Source: Lingula anatina
Lineage: Eukaryota > Animalia > Brachiopoda
Length of the DNA stretch: 64,000 nucleotides
Assembly: GCA_051362555.1 (NCBI GenBank)
Contig: CM120646.1
Location: 1,922,001 to 1,986,000, forward strand
Direction: 5' to 3'
Shown one piece after another: positions 13,029-26,187 of the stretch (positions are counted from its first letter, which is position 1; each line of letters opens with the position of its first letter). The position numbers and the translations under genes were made by a program. The notes under the pieces are model-generated. The model ran no database searches. It had not been told where the DNA came from and was given only the letters and a program-made list of their open reading frames with translations.

Positions 13029-13463
13029 TTAAATTGTCACTGTAGCTGGAGGTATTATGTTGGTTACAGATGCTCTGGTATAAAACGCGTTTGTATTTCC
13101 ATTGGAGAATGATCTTTTCATCTTTGGGGTGCAGTAGTTTCTTCGGGGTGTTTAAAAGGTATTAAGGAGTTCATCCTATATCCATTTTATGTACACGACA
13201 GCTTTTCAGACGGTTCTTTTGTGTGTAGCATGAAAATCGTACCATGGCCGGACTGTTGCATTTTGCGCCGTAGCTTAACTGTACTTAGGAAACTCAACTT
13301 CGAAGGTCGTAGTTGTATTCTTTAGTACTTGCTTAAAATATTGATTATTGCTTAGGAATAGATTGAAAATCAAACTGAATTTATTGCACTTTATAACTTT
13401 ATTTTTCTCAAGACCGTGCCTCAACATTGGTATGGTCGTTTCCGAAATTTTACGCGTTCTTTT

Positions 13464-14628
13464 CATGGCCAGAAATGCGCAGCATTCACGCGATACGCGA
13501 GGGCGCTACAGTAGGGCTTCACGTGACTCAACTAGCCAATCACAGCACAACAATGGCATCGCACACAGACTCTATGATAAGTGCTCAGCCCATTGTCAAG
13601 TAGTGTTAGTTCATGGTAACAATTAAGCGTCTGACATGTGCAGAGAAGTTTATTGTAATATATATTGTTCTTATTGTTACATTATTAAATCTAACTCTGT
13701 ATCCAAGTAGTAACTATACTGTACCAAGTCAGGTACTGATGATGTGCAGAGGTCATATTCCAGAATAAGCCATTACCACTAATTTATAACTTTAATTTTG
13801 TTTAATATGTTATTCATGAAAGAGTTCATGAAAGATTATTTTAATTTGTTAAATCGTGATCTTATTCTTTTTATATTCAAATAATTGAATAATGTGGGTA
13901 AAATTGGTCTTCCGCTTCTTATTTGCATTTTTCCTTTACTACAAGATTATTTTGGAACAGTTGCAGCATTAAAATTTTAAATAAATAGCAATCTAAAAGA
14001 AGAATTTTGCATTATTATTAAATGATGATAGGAATTTTGGATTAAGAGATTAGTTAAATACTGAGTAGTGATATTGTCAGTCAATTTATGTAGAATCTGA
14101 TAATATGATTGAAAATACTGATTGAATTCTTGGCCTTGCACTGGGCAGTTTAACATTTGTGCCGAGTGCTTTTTTTGGACTCCATTGTACAGTGGTAAAA
14201 GTTCTTCAATTGCCATGAAAGTTTTTAATCAGACTCTGTAAGGTGCTGCTATCTGCTGGTGCTATCGGCAACGAATTAGTTTGCCTTTGTTTTTGAGTGA
14301 ATCTACCGTCTAAAATCACTATTTCTGAAAATGTGTGCGTTTTGCTGAGGGTAGGCTAGGCAGTAGCCTACACGGTAAACTTCTTAGTAGGCCTACGTGT
14401 GTACAACATAATTTTTTTTAAAAACCTAGCGATATTTGGTCAGGAGTTGCTTGAAGCATAGCACAGCGTTGCTGTCTATCGGCATCAGGCCGTTAGTTTG
14501 TCAATTATCACGAATTACCCACGAATCGCGAACCTATTCATTTTCCTATGGCAATCTAGCAACTCATTAAAAGTGCACGCATGCGCAGTGGGCTAAGCGT
14601 GACGTCATGCAGTGCATTTCTGGGGATG
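13464..14628. mobile_element. Non-autonomous TIR element, copy 2 (more complete)
   Basis: Same termini and body as 9146-10200, plus ~110 bp near the left end that is deleted in copy 1. Confidence 0.8.
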
Positions 14629-15272
14629 TGTAAGGTTTCACGAGAAGGAGTTTACCACAAAAACAGGCCACACGCACAAGAAAATGAGCCAAAAACGGGT
14701 TCAAACACTGATAGAAAACGCGCGTGGATTAGGAGAACTGCAACATTCAAGAATTGACAGATCATTATCGTCCAATAAACCGGGGGATTTTGAGCAGTAA
14801 TGTTTTAAGTTAAACGATTATCCAGGAACAAGTGTTGCTAATCAATATGCCCTAATTATGTGGATAATAAAAAAGAGCTTTTTTTTCAAATGATTAATGG
14901 CTGTTAGTTTTCAGAAAGCTTCTGTGACTTTTGTTTAGGATAACTTTGACGCTTAATTATTAAAGTGGTTACAAAAACCCATTCAATCATTCGTACGTTT
15001 TTAAAAAGTTATGCCGTTTTCTATAACGTTTTCATTCATTTTGGCTTTTGGTAAATTTATCTACTGTTAATTTATAGCTTCTATCGAGGAATTCAGCAAA
15101 TCGTTTTTCCATATTTCATGTAAGACCGATGATAACAATTCTGCACCAGGCAAAACTGGTTAAGGACTTTTACACCAAAGTTCCATTTTTTCAGTAGTCC
15201 GACTGTTGATGGTAATTGCCCTGAATCTTATAATGAGAATGCATTTTACAAAATTTAATTCCGGACAAGATC

Positions 15273-15278
15273 TTTATT
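15273..15278 (-). terminator. Putative polyadenylation signal of gene B
   Basis: AATAAA in a context conserved among A, B and C. Confidence 0.6.
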
Positions 15279-15981
15279 GCATACAGAAATGGTTTCACAG
15301 CATGAGGCAGGAGAGCACGTAGAGAGAAGCTTTAGGAAATACAGACTCGTGACAATAAAATAGATAAAGGTTTTACGGAAGATCTGAATATAATTCCTTA
15401 AAAGCAAAATAATGACGATTGTACTTAAATACAACTGGTTCTCAGCAATTCCAGACCAATTTAAGCATCTGCGTCCATGTCCGTATCACGTCTTACTTTG
15501 GGCATTACTAAAGTGTCTGAAACAGAATTGGATTATGAAATAGACGGGAAAGAATGGGTGTCATATAAGAACAAATACCTAGATATTTTATAAATATAAT
15601 TTTAATGGTTGACAATCATGGCCATGGGGAAGATATTTTGAATTAACCTCAAAGTGCAGTTTAACATAATCTGATTGTAGTTCAATTGGACGGAAGCTAG
15701 AAGAAGTACATGTATAATATTAAGAGTTAACAATTAAGACAGAACATTGCTTTTTGTCTTCAGCAAAAGCGAAAATTGTCAATGTCCAATTAGGATGCGC
15801 CTGCCTTTTATTCAATTTTCCTTGAAGCTGATAACAGCTGCAAGTTTCATTCACAGAATTTAACAAATATGATGTAATGTGAAATACAAATTCTAGATGT
15901 GGAAATGCAAAATCCAGTGTGTCAAAAGTGAGACACGTTTTATACTTGCAGTCCCTCTTTACCTGTATCCAGATCTTTGCA

Positions 15982-17237
15982 TCATATCTCTGGATCAGTT
16001 CCGGCGTCTTCAGCGTCCCACACTGACCGTTTGTTTGTACACGTGCACTTGGTTGGCATTCTTGCCCGCCCCAAGTGCCAATCTCTGAAATATGCAAATT
16101 TGTATGTGTAAGTTATTCTTTCAGGGTTGTATTTAAGTGGGCGACAAAATGTCGAGTGAAGTCAGGAAAACAAAACCATAGTCGAGGACAATTTACTATT
16201 ATATGTGGGGCACAATGTTTTGTGTTATAATATCTGTTGTTTTGGAGAAAGAAAAGGAAGTAAGGGTCTATTGTAGGGGCGTGGGCCCCCTGGGCTTCCC
16301 TATTGTCAACCAGCGATTATATCCATTGTGATGTGCTCAAAATGTTAAAACATTGAAATGTAAAAGCAAAATCAATGTTTACATTAAAGTTGGATTGTCG
16401 ATTGAAAAGAATAGTGATGGAAGAGAGCAGCATGAAATGTGGAAAACAGCATAAAACAGTATAAGCCCATGAATACGTACATAAATTCACTATATACTCT
16501 GCCGCAGTCACGTCGACACCCTCCAGCACAGGCACAGCCGAAAATGTTACATCCGCCGTATCCGCAATATGGAGTTCCCTAGAGGCAAAAGTAACACATC
16601 TATTTACATAAACATGTTAAACTAAACAGCGCAAAATGCAGTCCATTCGTTTTAATTCTTATGAAGAGAGCAACCAAAAATCAATGCTTTGGCAAGTAAG
16701 GGCCTTTTTATTTTTTTATTTTTGGTTAAGTAAGTATTGTAGGGTTGTACTTAATCCTTGTGTGTTGAAAATAAAATAAATTGAAAATAATACTGATTGT
16801 TACAAAGTTGAGTTTCACATTCTGTCAGAAAAAAAAACTACAAGGGTTAACTAAGAAATGTACGGTTTCTGAAAAAGTTTATGGTTTAATTGCCAATTAA
16901 AATGACACGTTATGCTCGATAAGAAGTATCGTTACGGCTGGTTTTGAAACGCACACTTTTGCTTTTTTAGAGTGAAAATTTCCACCAGGTCGCTTCTATA
17001 CATGTAAAAGCCATATTCATTCATAACAGATAGTGTACCTTGTATTATGAATCAAGAACTTTTTATTCAAAGTATATAAAAAACAAATAATACATAAAGG
17101 CAGATTCAAATACCTACTTCGGTGCAGTCTGCGCAGAACTTATGGCTCACTTTTCTACAACAAGCACATTCAGTTTCTTCAATCAGAGTGGATGTTAAAA
17201 ACATTGCCACCAGAAAGCCCGCCATAGTGCCTACCAT
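15982..17237 (-). CDS. Mytimycin/Diedel-like 12-Cys secreted peptide precursor, copy B (106 aa, intact)
   Basis: Exons 17237-17118 (phase 0), 16578-16481 (phase 2) and 16084-15982, all GT-AG. Protein: MVGTMAGFLVAMFLTSTLIEETECACCRKVSHKFCADCTE/GTPYCGYGGCNIFGCACAGGCRRDCGRVYSEF/IDWHLGRARMPTKCTCTNKRSVWDAEDAGTDPEI*. A further intron starts at 15962 and a 3'-UTR exon starts at 15516. Confidence 0.88.
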
Positions 17238-17599
17238 CTTCTGAAATTTAAAACGAAAAATAATGTCATAATCAAAGCTTTAGAGCACAGATTATGGTAT
17301 GGTCACTACGGTAATCTTAAAAAAAATATTGTACATAAACTTTGAGTAAAAAAAGGAACTCGAGAAACGATGCAAGGCGACAACGTGCTTTGGCCTGTCA
17401 AGCAGCAAATTCCAATGACAAGTACAAGCCCATGGGTTTCCATTCATTGATTTATTTCAATATGCTTTTGTTAACACTTATTTTGTTATTGGTTACTCTA
17501 TTTAACTGTATACAAGTGTGATATTCAATTCTAAAATTCGATAATGATTTCAATGCAATGGTAATTTAAATGATTTAAAAATCCGCAATAGGAATGTGA

Positions 17600-17818
17600 G
17601 ACTGCATTCCCATAGATTAAATCGATCCATTTACATTTACATCGACCTTACTCCCTGGGGGTTCACGCTAAATAGCTGTCAGCCGAACGCGCACGTAGTT
17701 AATTACCTCCTTACAGCTTTTAGTAGGCGGTACAGATATTTAAGCCGGTTAAGCTGACAGTAATCTAGTGAAACTCCCCACAAGGATAGATTGATCTAAA
17801 ATCTGTGGAAATGGGGTC
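17600..17818. mobile_element. PIF/Harbinger (Tourist-like) MITE
   Basis: Imperfect TIR GACTGCATTCCCATAGATT / AATCTGTGGAAATGGGGTC, flanked by TGA/TTA. The empty site aggaatgTTAgaaaa is at ~8546-8560. A related copy is at 48100-48314. Confidence 0.8.
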
Positions 17819-18740
17819 TTAGAAAAAACACGGGAACAACAGAGTTCTTCAACATCATGACGGGTGTCAGACAGGGTGTCCATTTTATCGCCTTTTTTAT
17901 TCCTGATGTTGGTAGATTTTGTGATGAGAGCGGCTACAGAAGAAGATGAAACTGGTGTGAACTGGGTAAACGGTAGTGAACTGACTGATCTTGACTTTGC
18001 AGACGACATCGTCTTGCTGGCGAAGGATGAAAATGACCTAAAACAACTAACGTCTAATTTGGAAATAGCAGCTCGCAAGTTTGGATTGAGAATTAGCAGT
18101 GAAAAGACCAAAGTGATGTACGTGGGAGCTAGAAACATTACGCCAATAAATGTTGGGACTGAAATAACGCGATTCACATGCTTAAGAAGCCTGATAACCA
18201 TGAATGGTGATGCTGAAATGGATGTCAAAAGCAGAGTCGGTAAAGGAGCTAGAGTGTTTAGAAGAATGAACAATATCTGGAAATCGACATCAATGAGCAC
18301 ACAGCTGAAGATATGCCTTTATAACGCATGAAAAAGCACTGTGAAAGTGGACAGAAGACTGGATGTTTTTCATCAGAGGTGTCTACGTCGAATGATGAAG
18401 ACTTCATACAGAGACCATATCACCAACGAAGAAGTGCTTAGGAAGGCAATGTCAAGACCATTGCATGAAACAGTCACCATTCATCAGATAAAATTGGCAG
18501 GACACTTCATTTGACTACCAGCTGAGGGGCATGCAAAAACTGTTATGACTTGGGTACCACCGAGAGGCAAGCACAATCGAGGTAGACCGAGGATATATCC
18601 TGGAGGAGAACCTTCCAGAATGATCTGCAAAGAGGCAACATCAGGTGGGAGGAGATGGAGAGGGCCGCTGCCGACCGAACAATTTGGAAAAAGTTTGCCG
18701 CCCAACGTTCTACCTTGGACAGGAAGACCTAAGACTAAGA
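17819..18740 (+). mobile_element. Degenerate RTE-clade LINE fragment (paralogue of 8554-10583)
   Basis: Same RT and C-terminal motifs (LDFADDIVLL, KSRVGKG). It predates the A/B duplication. Confidence 0.88.
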
Positions 18741-19442
18741 ATAGGGATATAGTTCTGAATAATGTCAATATTTTTGGTTCAGAAATTAACGATCTTATGA
18801 ATTCTATATCACAAGAACTATTATTGCAAATCTGCTGGAAATTTACAAAAAGTTCTTGAAAATATGCCGAAACTTCTGTATAATTCCTGTTGTTGTTTTG
18901 AGAAGCCTAACTCAAAAAGTTATTGATGTATTTTAGTTATCTGAATAGGTCCAAAATGGGATAATCTAAGCGTAATTAGATTTTGGTGATGACTTATCGT
19001 AAATTATTAATTACTTGTCTTTGCAGAGGTCATCAGATTTTAGTGTATATGAACATGAAGATGCCTCATTGAACTACACTGAAAATCAAACCACAAGCAC
19101 TGAAAGGTTAAATATTATATTTCTTACAACCGTCAATGCTAAAATTAACTGGATGTGTCTTCAATGCCAAGCTTGGTATGAAATCAAGTCTGACTAAAAT
19201 CTCTTGGCGCCCACATTATCAACCTCTGACTTTTTTTGTGGGCGAACAGTTGAATACAGATTCCTTGTGAAACAATTCCTGGAAGAATTTTGGTCTCGAT
19301 AGCAAAATTATGTTTGAGATTTTATTTGGATCAAGCCAAGGTCGCTGGCATATATGATACAAAATTACCCGAAGAAACTTCTCCAACTTTGAGATAGTGC
19401 CCTTTAACACTTGTGCAGCTTATGACCTTACTACTCTGATTT

Positions 19443-19542
19443 ATCATCATCAGACAGAAGGTTCGATTCGGCCCGCTGTGGCCCTCCACTAAACTCTGTC
19501 CTGCGCCAGTCTGTAAGCATCCACAAAGTTTCTTCCATCCAA
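19443..19542 (-). mobile_element. 100-bp 3' end of an RTE-like LINE
   Basis: The minus strand reads ...AYRLAQDRV*WRA... followed by a (GAT)n tail. It is flanked by a 13-bp duplication ACTA(C/T)TCTGATTT at 19430-19442 and 19543-19555. Confidence 0.7.
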
Positions 19543-19794
19543 ACTATTCTGATTTCAACGTCTTAAATGAAATACCGGGTAGATAACCTCCCTATGGTTT
19601 GTGCAATAGTAATTGATGTATAAAGCAATATCCTTTTACTATGGCGCTTCAAAAGACTATCGACTATGTTATGCTAGCCTATATTTGAATACCAAATTTT
19701 TTAAATGAGCAGGATATCACCAGTAACAATTCAAGCCGAAGTTAGATTAAATCTGATAGGTGTTGTATAGTAGTACATAATGAATGATACTTAC

Positions 19795-19882
19795 TGTTGG
19801 TAGATATATTAGAAATCGATAACCAGCAGTTTGCGGTCTTCAGTCTTGTAATGAATGAAGCAAGCGGTGACTAGTATTCAAC
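19795..19882 (-). promoter_or_regulatory. Candidate proximal promoter / non-coding first exon of gene B
   Basis: Paralogue of 11623-11716 with a GTAAGTATCATTC donor at 19794. Further copies have exon boundaries at 1542, 24671, 28994 and 31742. Confidence 0.55.
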
Positions 19883-22800
19883 ATGAAATTCACTATTACT
19901 CAACAAACTGGGTGTTTTTACAATCATCCAAGGATGATGGTACTTTTTAAGCGTTGTTAGCATCTGATTGGTTAATAAGCATAATTGCTTTGTCAGTGCG
20001 CCAATTCTGTGGTACACAAACACACGTAAATTCAATCAATTGGAAGTTTTAAACAGGTAGGAGGTTTTACATAATATGTAGACTAAAAGTGTAATTTTTA
20101 AAAATATTTTATGTATGTATTCACACAGAAAGATATATGAATTAATGAATACATCTATTTTATTTATGTATTCATTTATTCATTATAGCTGTCTTGTGTG
20201 TGCGACTGTGTGTGTGTTTGAATCATCACTGAAGCTGAGGGCATTATCTTGGTTTCGTGTGCTTTGTTATGGTTGTCTCTCCATTGGATAATAATCTTTA
20301 AAGTGCAGTAGGTTTCTTCGGGGTGTGTAAAGGGTATTAGGGTTTCATCTTGTATCTATTGTATGTAAACGATAGCTTCTCAATCGGATCTTTGCTTTTT
20401 AGCTTGATAATTTGACATTCGCCGGCTTCACCCTTGTTACCCCTAGGAGGCAGGGTGAGTTTCGGGGTTGGAGTCTTACAGTTGAAGGCAAGATGTATTT
20501 ACCCCTAGTGGTAGGGGAACATACCGTAGCTTACATCTTGTTCCCGTCATCTGGATTGGTAATATAACCCTACTCTTTGTTTAAAGCTCTGGTAATTAAC
20601 TGTTTACATTGGAAATGCACAAGTGCTGGACTGCAAGTTCATATATTGGTCTGTGTGATTATATGTTCGTTGAACAGTCAATGCTGTTGACGTTAATTCA
20701 AGAAACTCGTATTGTACATGATTTTTTTTACATTAAATACACACATTCTAATAGTGCATTCATGTGCATATACTATATAAAGGTTAATATATTCCATATA
20801 TTCTTACTTTTTCACTTATCGTATGTTGGATGTACCAAGTATTTCATCTAAAGTATGTGGAAAAATAACAATGTTGGCATTAAATTGTCTAAAATATTAG
20901 GATATTACTGGTAGCAATACCAGTTGAGGATAAATAAAATATAAAATGATGTGGGAGAAGGCTCTCCCTATCCTCCGAGAGACTGTACTCGTATATGCCT
21001 CTGATTGGCTGATCATACAGAGGCCAAGTGACACTGTCCAATCAGGCTGCACTAATATCATTTGTGTTTCACAAGTGCTACTTGGAAACAAAATTTAAGT
21101 TTAAGTGTGAAAAACAAAACGGAGACTTCCTGACTGAAATTAGGGAAGAAAGATCTGGAGCTTGTTTTATAAGAGCCAAGTTCCCTGGGAAGCTTACATA
21201 ACATTGATAATCTCATCTCACATAAATCCTTTTATTGCGACCAATAAATTATATTTACACTTGAAAGATATTATAGGAATTGATAATTGCTAGTCTGATA
21301 ATTGATTGATAGTCTGTTGGCTTGATCATTTCAATTAATTGAATACTGTGAGAAGATAAAGAACATTTTATATACAATTCATTATCACCGAATGAATATA
21401 GTTTATGTTCATTTAACCGCGCGTGTTTCAATCAGCAATAAGCGAGCGTTGAGGTGGAAAAACAGCGCTTTCTTATAATGACAGTCGGTTTTTAGGAGGT
21501 GGGTTTGATGTATTTTGTTTGTGACAGATTTGACGTGTATATGTCGTATTTGTTTTGAAAATGCAAGAATTTTTTGGTGTTAAAAGAAACAAAACCTTTC
21601 AAAACATGGCAGTTGTTTTTTAGGAAGCTTTGGCGCCTTTTGTTCAGGATAGATTTGACGCGTAATGATTATGCATATTCATCAAGTTGGGTAAAATTCG
21701 GTTCACTGCGTACATTATTTTTTGAAAGGTCTCAAGTTATTGCAGCATCATAACAGCCACAGTAGGCTGAACATAATTAAGTAATGAAGTTATTGTGATG
21801 AACCAGCTGAGAATACAAAGCAAGCATAATATGTACATAAGATCATCGTTGTAGATTGCTCGTTGTCAGTAGTCACCCTATACAAGTATATACCAAATAC
21901 TGAGTTCACTTCAGATCGCACATACAGGTTGGGAAAGGGGACCTACCATTGTCACCCTAAACAGAAACTTCATCCAACTGACTTATAAACAGAATATCGG
22001 AGACGATTTGTAAATTTCAATAGTTTCCTAACTAAAGAAAATTTCATGTATATATCTATATTTGAATACTAACAAAATGAACAAAGCGCTTATTGTGCTT
22101 TTTGCACACAACAAACAGTCAATAAAGAGCCCAAATATTGTTATTCGTGATGATAGCGTTTGCTTAATTTTCCACCTAATTCACGTGCACGTGGAAGTAA
22201 AAACAGCTTCATTTTGCTACTTTCAGCATTTTCTAATGTCTTTGAATATTTTCAAGGACTTAATAAGGAATATAAGTGAATGCTTGTTACTCGCTTCCAT
22301 CATTATGTTCCTTGGAACACCTTAAGCAAAGACGAGAGCATTGCCGTGCATTTGAGTGAACAGAGAACGTGTATGTATCATTCTTCTTGCATCATTACTT
22401 AAGACTGGGTAAAAATTTGGCAATATGGTCTGTTAAAGTTACACACACTGGACAATAGAAGTGTCACCCCTACTGAACCAATACTTTGGGGGAGATAATT
22501 GACTATGGAATGATATGCTCCTGGAATCATTTTATTAACATCAAATTTCACAAAAGAACCGTTTCTAACTGAACAATTCAACTGTATCGATATTGTGACA
22601 TTGCTTATATTCCGTCTCTTCAGGTTAATAAGTTTGATTACTCTGATTCAGGGGTGACTTTTCTATTGTCCAGTGTGTGTACACGCATTTCACCTCTGTT
22701 AGAAACGAACAAGTACCTGACTGTAAGTTCACGTATAGGTCTGTGTGATTACATTTTTGTCGAACAGTAATGAATGTACAGCCAACGCTGTAGACGTTAA

Positions 22801-23032
22801 TGCAAGAGCACACGTATTTTTCAAACCATGACAGGCAGTTTTTAGGATGGTAGCGCATTTTGTATGAGACAGCCTTGATGCATAATTATTATAAACCCAA
22901 TTCAAAACCCAATTCAATCATTTAGAAGCTTTGAACAGTTAGGAGGCTTTACATCATTATTTCAACTCAAAGCATTGTCAATCCTTAAAGATATAGAGTT
23001 AATAAACCGCTTATATTGATAAGTATTGATAC

Positions 23033-23072
<40 letters not shown>

Positions 23073-23126
23073 AATGTTTTCTCTGCCGACCCAGCAGAAA
23101 TGCATACGTTACAATGTGTTCATTTA

Positions 23127-23171
<45 letters not shown>

Positions 23172-23766
23172 AATTATCACTGTAGCTGGAGGTATTATGC
23201 TTTTAGTAACACTTATTCAGTTATATATATTGGTAACACCATATAATTTAACTGTTTCACAAAAATTCCCTTTGTTAAGTTTGATATTCAAATATAAAAT
23301 GTCAATGATGATTTAGATAATTTAAAAATCCGGAAAAGTTCTCTCGGTTTGAAAAATGTACGATCATGTGCATTTGCGCCAGTTTGCAAAAACAGTTCAA
23401 GTGAATTTGCTGCAAACTCAGAAGAGCTATTCCTGCAAATCTGCTGCAAACGTACAAGAAGTGATTCCAAATATGCCGAAAACTCTGAATAATTCTGTTG
23501 CAACTGCTCTTGTTGTTTTGAGAAGCCTTACACAAAAAGTTATAGACTGAATTTTAGTTTTATCGTGGACAAATAGTTGAATACAGATTCTTGTGAAACA
23601 AATCCTTGAATAAAGCTATTTTGGTCCCGCAGCAAAATAACGTTTGTGATTTTTTTTGGAAAAAGCAAAGTAGTCCCATCTCATATAAGACACAAAATTG
23701 TCCCAAGATACTTCTCCGTCTTTGAGATAATGCACTTTAAATGTATGCGCAGCTTATGAACTTTCT

Positions 23767-24370
23767 AATAATAAAAATAATAATAATAATATTAATAATA
23801 ATAATAATAATTATTATTATTATTTATTTATTGAAACCGCACTACACTACCGTCTCAGTGCTGTTTACAGGTAAAATTTTCAGGATCACAACTAATTATT
23901 TAGATAATAAAAGCTAAGGTAAAAAATTAAAATAATTAAAGCTGGTTAAAATTGTAATGGTCTGAACAATAACAATTTTTTCTGATACATTGAGAAAAAA
24001 TATTGATTAAAATACTGTGCAAATAAGAATGTTTTTAAGTCATTTTTAAAAACCTCAACACTACCAATAGTCCAAATGTGTGAGGGTAGTATATTCCATA
24101 AAATGGGTGCTGAAATTGAAAATGCCCTGTGGCCGTAGGTTTTGGCTGTTTTTTTATTTTCATTTCGGGTAAAACAAAGAGTGGAGGTGGATCTGGTAGA
24201 CCTAGTGAAACTGGGTGTACTTGGATCTAGCATCGAGTTCAAATATAAGGGGCATTCACCGCTGGTTAATTTAAAAACAAACAGCAGTACTTTAAAAACA
24301 TTTCTCTGTCGTACAGGAAGCCAATGTAGTTCAAATAAAACAGGTGAAATATTTGATCTGAGAGGGGTAC
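23767..24370 (-). mobile_element. 3' fragment of L2-clade LINE
   Basis: LHWLPV...KTYGHRAFSISAPILWNILP...FKNDLKTFLF is a typical L2 ORF2 C-terminus, with a (TAA)n-type tail. It is absent at the homologous sites near 140 and 11310. Confidence 0.85.
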
Positions 24371-26187
24371 ACTGATTTCAACGTCTTAAATAAAATACCG
24401 GGTACGTAACCACCCTATGGTTCGTGCAATAGTAATTGAAATATGTATTAAGTGATATCCATTTACTATGGTGCTTTAATAATGTATATAAAATAAAAAC
24501 ATGCGCCGACTTCGAAAGACTATCGACTATGTTATGCTAGCCTATATCTGGATACCAAATTGTTTAAATGAGCAGGATATCACCAGTAACAATTCAATCC
24601 GAAGTTAAATTAAATCTGATAGGTGTTGTATAGTAGTTTACGCTGTCCATACATAATGAATGATACTTACTGTTGGTAGATATAATAGAAATCGATAACC
24701 AGTAGTTTGCGGTCTTCAGTCTTGTAATAAATGAAGCAAGCGGCGACTAGTATTTAACAAGAAATTCACTATTACTCAACAAACTGAGTGTTTTTACAAT
24801 CACCCAAGAATGATGGTACTTTTTAAGCGTTGTTAGCATCTGATTGGTTAATAAGCATTATTGCTTTGTCAGTGCGCTAATTCTGTGCTAGACAAACACA
24901 CGTTTCTTTCAAACTATGACAGGCAGTTTTTAGGATGGTAGCGCTCTTTGTTTGAGACAGCTTTGACACACAATTACTATAGCGGTTTCAAAAATAAATT
25001 CAATCATTTGGAAGCTTTAAACAGGTAGGAGGTTTTACATTATTTTTCTCAAAGCGTAGTCAATCTTTAAAGATATAATGTTAGCAAACCTCTTATATTA
25101 AGTTCCATTAAAGCGATATTATTATTATTACTATTATTATAAGTAATAATAAATACCTCATCAATTAACCCAGCAGTATGTGGACTTACAATTTAATTTT
25201 TGAATGTTATATATGTAGCCACACACAGAGATAAATGAATACATATATTTTATATATGTATTTATGTATTCATTAAGCTGTCTTGTGTATGCGACTGTGT
25301 GTGTTTGTGCGTGTACATTGAATCACCACTGCAGCTGAGGGCATTATCTTCTATGCATGGTTGTCTCTCCATTGGATAATAATCTTTGAAGTGCAGTAGG
25401 TCTAGTTTCTTCAGGGAGTCTAAAGGGTATTAGGATTTTGTCTTGTATCTATTGTATGTAAACGATAGCTTCTCAATCGGATATTTGGTTTATAGCATGA
25501 TAATTGGGCGTTCGCCGCCTTCACCCTTGTTACCCCTAGGAGGCAGGGTGAGTTTCGTGGTTGGAGTTTTACAGTTGAATCAAGATGTATTTACCCCTAG
25601 CGGTAGGGGAACATACCGTAGCTTACATCTTGTTCCCGTCATCTTGATTGGTAATATAGCTCTTTGGTCTGCTAAAAGTTCTGGCAATTAACTGTTTACA
25701 TTTGAAATGCACAAGTTCTTGACAGCAAGTTCACATATTGGTCTGTGTGATTGTATGTTCGTTGAACAGTAATGAATGTACAGTCAATGCTCTTGACGTT
25801 AATTCAAGAAACTGGTATTGTACCCCTGTACATTTTTTTTACATTCTATACACACATTTTAATAGTGCATTCATGTGCATGTACTACATAAAGGTTAATA
25901 TATTCCATATATCCTGACGTATTCACTGATCGCATGTTGGATTTACCAAGTAATTCATCGAAAGTATGTGGAAAAATAACAATGTTTACATTAAAATATT
26001 TAAAGTAATAGGATATCACTGGTAGCAATACTGAGTTTAAATCAAATATAAAAATGATGTGGGAGAAGGCTCTCCCTATCCTCTGTGAGACTGTACTCGT
26101 ATGCCTCTAATTGGCTGATCATGCAGAGGCCAAGTGACACTGTCCAATCAGGCTGCACCAGTATCATTTGTATCTCACTAATGCCAC

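Noticed and set aside
12825-13112. Cys/Val-, Tyr-, Ile-, Phe- or Pro-rich ORFs here and at 26042, 35850, 38771, 40813 and 42126
   Set aside because: They are translations of microsatellites and homopolymers.
15982-15984. TGA in gene B as selenocysteine or programmed readthrough
   Set aside because: The homologous codon in A is TAA, and the downstream frame has further stops, so decay is the simpler explanation.
15720-16097. 125-aa minus-strand ORF
   Set aside because: It overlaps exon 3 of B in the wrong frame, runs through intron, and is not conserved in A.
19459-19470. GGTTCGATTC B-box suggesting a tRNA or SINE
   Set aside because: There is no A-box or cloverleaf, and the segment is better explained as an RTE 3' end on the opposite strand with a TSD.
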